Assembly (NCBI GenBank): GCA_026625185.1 | Contig: CP113000.1 | Span: 585,622 to 617,621 of the forward strand | Length of the DNA stretch: 32,000 nt | Direction: 5' to 3' | From: Thermodesulfobacteriota bacterium | Lineage (GTDB): Bacteria > Desulfobacterota > WTBG01 > JAGOGO01 | In this document: in pieces, positions 24,336-31,681 of the stretch | Numbering within the stretch: the first letter of the stretch is position 1 | Layout: each line of letters starts with the position of its first letter | The notes under the pieces: model-generated | Databases searched by the model: none | Seen by the model: only the letters and a program-made list of their open reading frames with translations | Told to the model about the DNA's origin: nothing | Made by a program: the position numbers and the translations under genes

Positions 24336-24872
24336 ACCTAAACTGAGCGATTTTTCTTCGCTAATATACCCAAATCATGGTAGCACAGGTCAGAATATTT
24401 CACCTTTGATAACCGGCGAGATGCCTTTTCTACGATGTTTTGTTAATAAAATCGCTAAGTTAGTTGATATTTATTATTGATTATAATTTATTTATAACAT
24501 TAAATCACTCTTGTCCAAATTTTTTATTGATTATAATTTATTTATAATATAAAATAACTTTTTTCAAAATTAAGTTTTTTTAAAAAAAACAATATGTTGG
24601 ACAGAAGAATGAACATGGGGTATGGTTACCTCCTCGACCCCCTGAAATAACTCTATTGAAAGGCCTTTTGCTCTTAGGAAACGAAACCTTTGCAAAAAAT
24701 ATTTTTTGGTCACCCGGAACTAGTTTTAGGTTCTCGGAACATGTTGATTTTATTAGATGCTGAAACAAGTTCAGCATAACATAATAGTCTTAATTGACAT
24801 TTGGGCAACAAGCTCTTCTGACCTGTCCTACTGTGGTTTTGGAACCTTAAACAAGAATCGCTCAGTTTAGGT
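24336..24872. mobile_element. 537-bp noncoding element bounded by perfect 17-bp inverted repeats (MITE-like)
   Basis: ACCTAAACTGAGCGATT at 24336..24352 is the exact reverse complement of AATCGCTCAGTTTAGGT at 24856..24872. The interior is AT-rich and has no credible ORF. It contains a 2 x 50 bp tandem repeat and an 8-bp-stem hairpin, ATGCTGAA-acaag-TTCAGCAT (24757..24777). I saw no target-site duplication. Confidence 0.45.
24471..24570. repeat. Tandem direct repeat, 2 x 50 bp
   Basis: Copies 24471..24520 and 24521..24570 match at 43 of 50 positions by hand alignment. This includes a perfect 24-nt core, TTATTGATTATAATTTATTTATAA, at 24474..24497 and 24524..24547. Confidence 0.85.
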
Positions 24873-25021
24873 CTCGAATACCATCAACGTTCGAAGGTTT
24901 TCGCTACTTTTCACTGAAAATTTTTCTGGCTTTTTACAACTAATCGGGAGAAAAACCAAATTTTTTAATGACAGACTTATTTTTTGATTGAATAAGTAAA
25001 AATTTTGTGTTAAGAAAAAAA

Positions 25022-25054
25022 ATTAAATATTATTAATGTGTAATAATATTTAAT
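25022..25054. promoter_or_regulatory. Perfect 14-bp inverted repeat with a 5-nt spacer (candidate operator) upstream of the FAAL operon
   Basis: ATTAAATATTATTA-atgtg-TAATAATATTTAAT. A second perfect 12-bp inverted repeat (ATACTATAAAAT 25068..25079 and ATTTTATAGTAT 25100..25111) overlaps a consensus TATAAT at 25109..25114. Confidence 0.4.
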
Positions 25055-25275
25055 GGATATTATAAAAATACTATAAAATATTAGGTTATTTTCTATTTGA
25101 TTTTATAGTATAATTTGTTTAAAACATCACTTTCATCTTAAAAAAACCCCATTAGCATCACGTCGGAAAAATTTTTGAGAGGATATACTAAGGAATTTAT
25201 AAAGTTCCACGTATAAATTAGGAATAAAGTTTCTAAAAAAATGTAGTCATTTTGAACATCAAGGAGTCTATTCTT

Positions 25276-27039
25276 ATGGAGGCTACGCCGACCCAAAACG
25301 ATTTGCAGTTGCGACTGGCAGATTTCTCGAGCCTGGCAGAAGCAGTGGATTACGCGGCACAAGGTAAAACAGGATTCAACTTCTATCGCGGGGGGAAGAT
25401 AGTGTCTGTTCTCCCCTATGCGAAATTACGGGAAAAAGCGATAATTCTTGCGCGTCGTCTTTGCGGCTTAGGTGTGGAGCGGGGAAGTCGGGTTGGCCTG
25501 GTGGCTGATACCGAGCCGGCTTTCATGATTTTTTTCTTCGCCTGCCAGTACGCAGGACTGGTTCCGGTTCCTCTGCCGGCTTTTTTCCATATGGGTAGTC
25601 ATAAAGCCTATGTGGAACAGTTGCGGCGGCTGCTCATCAACTGCGATGCGGAAATAGCTGTTGCTCACAAAGGCTATTTCGAGTTTCTCAATAAGGCGGC
25701 AGAAGGACTGAATCTTCGTTTCGTGGGTACTCCCGAAGCCTTCGCAGAACTCCCTGAAGCGTCGACCACCCTGCGGCCTCTTGAAAGTGACGAACTGGCA
25801 TACCTGCAATACACTTCAGGAAGCACCCGCTTCCCCCGGGGGGTAATGATTACCCAGGCCACCTTAATGAGCAATCTAGCGGACATCAGCATTCACGGGG
25901 TTAAGGTACGGCCGGAAGATCGCTGCGTGTCATGGCTTCCTTTTTATCACGATATGGGGCTCGTGGGGCTGGTGCTGGTTCCGGTAGCATCTCAGAGATC
26001 CGTTGATTATTCCAGCACTTTTGATTTCGCTATGCGCCCCAGACAATGGATAGCGTTGATGAGCCAGAACAAAGCGACTATTTCTTTCAGCCCCCCGTTT
26101 GGTTACGAGCTGTGCGCCCGCCGAATAAGGCCAGAGGATATTGCCGGGTTTGATCTCAGCAACTGGCGTGTTGCCGGCGTTGGGGCGGAAATGATTCGTC
26201 CCGGACCGCTGGAGGATTTTGCCGGGGTCTTCTCTTCGTGCGGGTTTAAAGAGGAGGCATTTCTCGCTTGTTACGGGATGGCCGAATGCTCTCTTGCCGT
26301 GAGCTTTGCGCCGCTTGACCGTGCGCTGGAGTTGGACTACATTGATGGGAACAGCCTTGCCCGAGACAAAAAAGCCGCTCCCATTGATCCGGCACACAAG
26401 AAGGATAGTGCCCGGGTGAAGCAGTTTGTTAAGTGCGGCATACCGTTGCCGCAGTATGAAATTTCCGTGCGGGATTCACAAGGACGGGATTTGCCGGATA
26501 GACATTGCGGAACCCTCTTTGTGCGGGGACCCAGTGTTATGAGCGGCTATTTCGCCGATCCCGAAAATACCAATGCGGTGTTGTCTTCTGAGGGTTGGCT
26601 TAACACCGGAGATTTGGCATACCGGATCTCCGGCGAAATCGTGATTACGGGCCGAAAAAAGGACCTCATTATCATCAACGGCCGCAATATTTGGCCGCAG
26701 GATCTGGAATACCTGGCGCAGGCGCAGCCGGAAGTAAGATCGGGGGATGCGGCTGCCTTCTCGGTGCCGGGTCCGGATGGGGGAGAAAAGGCGGTAATCA
26801 TGATCGAGTGCCGCGAGTCAGACGCTGCAAAACGTACTGCGCTCATAGAACGTTTGCGGACCATATTTCTTGAAGAGCTCGGGCTGGACTGTTTGATCTG
26901 TCTTGTCCCTCGTAATACTTTACCACGCACGACATCAGGTAAACTGTCCCGGTCTCAAGCCCGTCAAAGATTCCTCGAACAATTCGGCAAAGAGCTGCTG
27001 ACGCAATCGAACATGGACATATATAAACAGGCGAGTTAA
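25276..27039 (+). CDS. Fatty acyl-AMP ligase (FAAL-type adenylating enzyme), likely acyl-ACP synthetase for sphingolipid synthesis
   Basis: AYLQYTSGSTRFPRGVMIT is an FAAL-style AMP-binding motif. Also present: WLPFYHDMGL, GYGMAE, GWLNTGDLAY, GRKKDLIIINGRNIWPQD and a C-terminal TSGK. AAGGAG sits 9 nt upstream of ATG 25276; the track start 25252 is TTG. Confidence 0.85.
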   Translation: MEATPTQNDLQLRLADFSSLAEAVDYAAQGKTGFNFYRGGKIVSVLPYAKLREKAIILARRLCGLGVERGSRVGLVADTEPAFMIFFFACQYAGLVPVPLPAFFHMGSHKAYVEQLRRLLINCDAEIAVAHKGYFEFLNKAAEGLNLRFVGTPEAFAELPEASTTLRPLESDELAYLQYTSGSTRFPRGVMITQATLMSNLADISIHGVKVRPEDRCVSWLPFYHDMGLVGLVLVPVASQRSVDYSSTFDFAMRPRQWIALMSQNKATISFSPPFGYELCARRIRPEDIAGFDLSNWRVAGVGAEMIRPGPLEDFAGVFSSCGFKEEAFLACYGMAECSLAVSFAPLDRALELDYIDGNSLARDKKAAPIDPAHKKDSARVKQFVKCGIPLPQYEISVRDSQGRDLPDRHCGTLFVRGPSVMSGYFADPENTNAVLSSEGWLNTGDLAYRISGEIVITGRKKDLIIINGRNIWPQDLEYLAQAQPEVRSGDAAAFSVPGPDGGEKAVIMIECRESDAAKRTALIERLRTIFLEELGLDCLICLVPRNTLPRTTSGKLSRSQARQRFLEQFGKELLTQSNMDIYKQAS

Positions 27040-27227
27040 ACAGGCTCTCCTGTGAAAGCCCCGCAATTACCCCGAAGGAGCCGCAAAAAGCACACCTTGA
27101 CGAAAGGGAAAGACGAATATACAACTGCGTTCGGATTAACCGTTCGTCCGTACGGGTTAGTCCGGGATTTGGGCTTTGGGGTGATCGTTTATGAGATGTT
27201 CAGATCGGTCATAACCGGACAGGCAAA

Positions 27228-28169
27228 ATGTCTCGCATCGTAGCCCTCACGGGAGCAACAGGGTTTATTGGCGCCGCCATAGCGCGTCGGCTGAAAGCCG
27301 CAGACTGGCAGATAAGAGCGCTGGTCCGTCCCACGTCAAGACGAGACCATCTCGACGGTCTTGGCCTCCATTGGATAGAAGGTGCTCTTAGTGACCCGGA
27401 AAGCTTGCGCCGTCTGGTGCTGGGGGCAGATGCGGTGGTGCATTGTGCCGGAGCGGTGCGGGGCGCGGATTCTGAGGACTTTATACGCGTAAACAAACAT
27501 GGGGTGTCGCGGCTGGTGCAAGCAGCCACCGAGCAGCTGCCGAAGCCTCGTTTTTTGCTCATCTCTTCACTTGCCGCCCGTGAGCCGCACCTTTCGCCCT
27601 ATGCAGCAAGCAAGCGACAGGGAGAAGAGGAACTTGCCGCCGGAGCGGGTGAAATGCCGTGGGCGGCGCTGCGGCCATCAGTTGTCTATGGGCCGGGAGA
27701 CAAAGAGTTGCTTTCTCTTTTTCGATTGATGTACCGGGGAGTCGGCTTGGTGCTGGGGCCGACCGATGCCCGGTTTTCGATGCTGTATGTAGACGATCTT
27801 GCCGAGGCAGTGGCGCAATGGCTGAAATGCGGGAACACGCGGCAACGAGTGTTTGAAGTGCATGACGGGCAGCCCGACGGCTATAGCTGGGACGATCTCA
27901 TTAAGACCATGGCCCGGGTGAGGGAAGGGCGTGTGCGTCCGGTGAGGATTTCAGCCCCATTTTTGTCGATTTTGGCCTCGATCAATTTCGTGGCGGCACA
28001 AGCAGCCGGATACGCTCCGATGCTTACGCCGGGCAAGGTGCGCGAGTTACGGCACTCAAACTGGGTAGGTGATAATACCTTGTTCACTCGTGAGACCGGG
28101 TGGATTCCCCTCGTTCGTCTGGAAGCGGGGTTGCGGCGCATACTAAAACCGGACAGCAGATCCCATTAG
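27228..28169 (+). CDS. Extended SDR, NAD(P)-dependent epimerase/reductase family; candidate ceramide/3-ketosphinganine reductase (CerR-like)
   Basis: Rossmann motif LTGATGFIGAAI and catalytic SPYAASK (Y-x3-K). It is positioned between the FAAL and the ACP-SPT pair, as described for the Caulobacter ceramide genes. Confidence 0.7.
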   Translation: MSRIVALTGATGFIGAAIARRLKAADWQIRALVRPTSRRDHLDGLGLHWIEGALSDPESLRRLVLGADAVVHCAGAVRGADSEDFIRVNKHGVSRLVQAATEQLPKPRFLLISSLAAREPHLSPYAASKRQGEEELAAGAGEMPWAALRPSVVYGPGDKELLSLFRLMYRGVGLVLGPTDARFSMLYVDDLAEAVAQWLKCGNTRQRVFEVHDGQPDGYSWDDLIKTMARVREGRVRPVRISAPFLSILASINFVAAQAAGYAPMLTPGKVRELRHSNWVGDNTLFTRETGWIPLVRLEAGLRRILKPDSRSH

Positions 28170-28211
28170 TCCCTTTGCCGGCAGAAATGACGGTAGAATG
28201 AGGTAAGATAT

Positions 28212-28463
28212 ATGCAGGATTATCGAGAATTGGTGGTGAAGATTTGTGATATAATACGGCCCTTCAACAAGGATGGCATTGACCTGAATGAAGAGACTGA
28301 TCTGGCCGGAGATCTCGGGCTTGATTCCCTGAAAGTAATGGAGCTACTCGTCACGGTTGAAGACAGCCTCGATATTTCTATTCCCCTCAACGTTCTGCCT
28401 CGCGTGCGCACCATAAAGGATTTTGCGGAACAACTGCAACTATTACTCTCAGAAAGGTCATAG
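28212..28463 (+). CDS. Acyl carrier protein (83 aa)
   Basis: DLGLDSLKVMEL carries the phosphopantetheine-attachment serine, and the size is typical. GAGGT sits about 7 nt upstream of the ATG. Confidence 0.9.
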   Translation: MQDYRELVVKICDIIRPFNKDGIDLNEETDLAGDLGLDSLKVMELLVTVEDSLDISIPLNVLPRVRTIKDFAEQLQLLLSERS

Positions 28464-29662
28464 TGGCTATCTTTGACAAATTACATCCAATTAGCTCGGC
28501 ACTCCAAGACCTACAAAATTGTGGGGTGGACTCTGTCAACGTTGTCATAGAACGTTTTACTGCTCCTTTTGAAGCGGTGATAAACGGCCGCCGCACAGTT
28601 CTTGCCGGCACGAACAACTATTTGGGCCTTACCTTTGATCAGGAATGTATCCGGGCGGCATGTGAGGCTCTTCAGCAGGAAGGCACCGGCACCACCGGGT
28701 CACGAATGGCCAATGGGAATTACGCTGCCCATATCGCTCTGGAACGCGAATTGGCGGAATTTTTCGGCCGTAAAGGAGCCATTGTATTTTCAACCGGATA
28801 TGTGGCCATCCTGGGGATGATAACGGCTTTGGCAGGACCCGGGGATATTATTCTTATAGATTCTGACTGTCATGCGAGCATCTATGATGGGTGCCGTTTG
28901 GCCGGAGCCCAATTCATGATTTTTAAACACAACAACATCGGTGATCTTGAGAAGCGTTTGCGACGGCTGGGCAAGCAGACAGAAAACACCCTGATCGTGG
29001 TGGAAGGCATATACAGCATGCTGGGCGATCGTGCGATCCTGGCCGATATCGCTGCGGTAAAGAAGAACTACGGCGCCTGCATTTTGGTGGATGAAGCACA
29101 TTCCCTGGGGGTTCTCGGCAAACAGGGCCGTGGTCTCGCGGAGGAAGCCGGCGTTGAGGATGACGTTGATTTCATCGTCGGAACCTTCAGCAAGAGTTTA
29201 GGCACCATCGGAGGCTATTGTGTCAGTAATCATTCCCAGCTGGAACTGCTCCGTTTCGCGAGCCGACCATACATATTTACCGCATCTCCTTCTCCCTCAA
29301 TCATCGCGTCGACCCGCGAAGCTCTGAAAATTATACGCGCACGTCCTGAGTTGCGCAGCCGGCTTTGGGAAAACGCCCGGACGTTATATCAGCGCCTGAA
29401 GGACATGGATTTTGTTCTTGGTCCGGCGCCAAGCCCCATTATTCCCGTGCGTCTGAAAGACATAGTAAAGGCCGTGGCATTCTGGAACAGGCTTTTGGAG
29501 CATGGGGTATATGTAAACATGGTATTGCCACCCGCCACGACCGACGGAAATCCTTTGTTGCGTTGCAGCGTGAGCGCCGGTCACACTCCTGAACAGGTGG
29601 AACAAATCTGTGAAGCATTTGCTTCTCTCCGGGATGTTTCTGGGCCTCACCTGATGAGCTGA
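28463..29662 (+). CDS. spt: Serine palmitoyltransferase (alpha-oxoamine synthase family, PLP-dependent)
   Basis: GTNNYLGLTFD, GTGTTGSRMANG, AIVFSTGYVA, DSDCHASIYDGC, VVEGIYSMLGD, LVDEAHSLG and DFIVGTFSKSLGTIGGY are colinear with Sphingomonas SPT as I recall it, and closer to it than to BioF or KBL. The GTG start overlaps the ACP stop by 1 nt (taGTG). Confidence 0.85.
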   Translation: MAIFDKLHPISSALQDLQNCGVDSVNVVIERFTAPFEAVINGRRTVLAGTNNYLGLTFDQECIRAACEALQQEGTGTTGSRMANGNYAAHIALERELAEFFGRKGAIVFSTGYVAILGMITALAGPGDIILIDSDCHASIYDGCRLAGAQFMIFKHNNIGDLEKRLRRLGKQTENTLIVVEGIYSMLGDRAILADIAAVKKNYGACILVDEAHSLGVLGKQGRGLAEEAGVEDDVDFIVGTFSKSLGTIGGYCVSNHSQLELLRFASRPYIFTASPSPSIIASTREALKIIRARPELRSRLWENARTLYQRLKDMDFVLGPAPSPIIPVRLKDIVKAVAFWNRLLEHGVYVNMVLPPATTDGNPLLRCSVSAGHTPEQVEQICEAFASLRDVSGPHLMS

Positions 29663-29725
29663 AAAGGATTGCCACGCCGGGCTTCGCCACTTGCGCCCTC
29701 CCGAAATTACGAGGTACTCATACAT

Positions 29726-31468
29726 ATGCGCCTACTGATAACCTTCGTCCGAAAGTACCCCCGCCATAGCGTGATTACGCTGTTTGCTTTGCTGCTGGCC
29801 GGTGCGGCGGAAGGTTTCGGCCTTACCGGAATTCTTACGTTGATTAGCCGTATTGGCGGCAATGGGATTTTGAAGGGCTCGCTATCGAAGGGAGGTTCTT
29901 TTCCACTGGCGCATTATTTGACAAATGCTCTTGCCGCGTTAGGCCTGAGCCCTACGATCGGCATGCTGCTGGCGGTGTTGGTCGCCGGTTTTGCGGTGAA
30001 AAGCGTATTCATGCTGTTGGCCAACAAGCGGGTCGGCTATACGGTTGCCCATGTCGCCACCGACCTGCGTCTTGCGTTGCTTCGCGCGCTCCTTACCACC
30101 CGCTGGGAATACTATCTTGGCCAACCGGTAGGCGCTCTTGCCAATTCATTCGCTACCGAAGCTTCGCGCGCGTCTCATGGGTATGAGTCGGGCGCTAAAA
30201 TGGCGGCGCTTTGCATACAAGCCATAATCTATCTGATAATCGGCCTTTGCCTCTCCTGGAAAGCGATGCTCGCCTCCATGGCCGCCGGGGCGATTATTCT
30301 TTTTGGATTAAGCCATTTCGTGCGAATGTCTCGGCGCGCCGGCCGCCGTCAAACATCACTGCTTCAGTCCTCGCTCGCACGTCTGACCGACAGCCTCCAA
30401 TCAATAAAACCGCTCAAGGCCATGGCGCGTGAGGAGCTGGCCGATGCTGTGCTGGTTACCGAAACCAAGCTCCTGAACAAGGCTATGAAAAAAGATGTGT
30501 TCAGCAAGGAGGCCCTGAAATCTTTTCAGGAGCCGATGGTTACCGGTTTACTGGGATTTGGAATTTTTGTGGCGCTTGAATTTTTGGCCTTACCGCTGGC
30601 TTCCATAATGGGTTTGGTATTTGTAATCGCCAACATGGTGACCAAGCTGAACAAGGTGCAGCAGGAGTATCAGAAAATGGTCACTTTTGAAAGCGCCTAT
30701 TGGTCATTGCAGGAAAAGATCAAGAATTGCGAGCATGAGCAGGAAGAGGTTTTAGGAACTGCCAAAGCATCGCTTGAGCGAAGCGTTTGCATGGATCACG
30801 TCAGTTTCAAATATGGGAAGCATTGGGTATTGCAGGAAGCGTCCCTGGAATTGCCTGCCGGGTTTTTTACCGCTATTACCGGGTCATCAGGAACCGGAAA
30901 AACCACGGTGGCTGACCTTCTGATCGGGCTGCTTCGGCCTCAGAAGGGGCAGATATTGATTGATGGTCAGCCCCTTTCCACGATAGACATTAAAAGCTGG
31001 CGGCGGATGATCGGTTATGTACCGCAGGAGACCCTGCTTTTGCACGATACCGTGATGAAAAACGTGACGCTCGGCGCTTCTGACTTAAGCGAAAAAGACG
31101 TTGAAAACGCCCTGATTGCGGCGGGCATTTGGGATTTCGTGGCAACCATGCCGCAAGGGATGCACACCACTGTTGGCGAGCGCGGAGGCAAACTCTCAGG
31201 CGGTCAGCGGCAGCGGATCGCCATCGCCCGGGCGCTTGTCCATAAGCCGTCGTTGCTGATTCTGGATGAAGCGACCAGCGGCCTGGATCCCGAAACCGAA
31301 AAGCGCATCTGCGACACCTTGCGAGGACTCCGGGGAAAACTTACGATTCTCGCTATTTCTCATCAACCTGCCCTGATAAATGCCGCTGACCGGGCTTACC
31401 ACATCAAGGATGAAAGGGCGGTTTTAACCGTAAACCCAACCGACATCGGGGCTGATTCGAAAGCATAG
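29726..31468 (+). CDS. MsbA-like ABC exporter, fused TMD-NBD half-transporter
   Basis: N-terminal 6-TM ABC_membrane region. Walker A GSSGTGKTT, signature LSGGQRQR, Walker B LLILDEATSGLD, and H-loop ILAISH. ATG 29726 (GAGGT 10 nt upstream) is preferred over TTG 29669. Confidence 0.9.
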   Translation: MRLLITFVRKYPRHSVITLFALLLAGAAEGFGLTGILTLISRIGGNGILKGSLSKGGSFPLAHYLTNALAALGLSPTIGMLLAVLVAGFAVKSVFMLLANKRVGYTVAHVATDLRLALLRALLTTRWEYYLGQPVGALANSFATEASRASHGYESGAKMAALCIQAIIYLIIGLCLSWKAMLASMAAGAIILFGLSHFVRMSRRAGRRQTSLLQSSLARLTDSLQSIKPLKAMAREELADAVLVTETKLLNKAMKKDVFSKEALKSFQEPMVTGLLGFGIFVALEFLALPLASIMGLVFVIANMVTKLNKVQQEYQKMVTFESAYWSLQEKIKNCEHEQEEVLGTAKASLERSVCMDHVSFKYGKHWVLQEASLELPAGFFTAITGSSGTGKTTVADLLIGLLRPQKGQILIDGQPLSTIDIKSWRRMIGYVPQETLLLHDTVMKNVTLGASDLSEKDVENALIAAGIWDFVATMPQGMHTTVGERGGKLSGGQRQRIAIARALVHKPSLLILDEATSGLDPETEKRICDTLRGLRGKLTILAISHQPALINAADRAYHIKDERAVLTVNPTDIGADSKA

Positions 31469-31681
31469 TGGTTCGGCGCAGAGCTTACGGATTTGACGCA
31501 GGCAACGTAAGGGAGTATCTTAATTAAAGAAAGTAATACCGAAGTTTGAGAAACGTTTGTAGGTGTCGGGTAAGTAAACCTTATTTCTCTGTATACAATA
31601 AAATACTCAGGTGTAGAATGCTTAAGTGGAGATTGGGGCTTTTGATTTTTTTAGATTTTTTTTGTTTGGTAGAGTTGGACA

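Noticed and set aside
24580-24777. 65-aa minus-strand ORF beginning MLNLFQHLI
   Set aside because: Its start lies inside the ATGCTGAA-acaag-TTCAGCAT hairpin and the rest is low-complexity. Peptides of this kind are a known artefact of translating palindromic repeats. It is inside the inverted-repeat-bounded noncoding element.
27052-27243. 63-aa ORF in the FAAL-reductase spacer
   Set aside because: It has a GTG start without an SD, overlaps the reductase start, and has no motifs.
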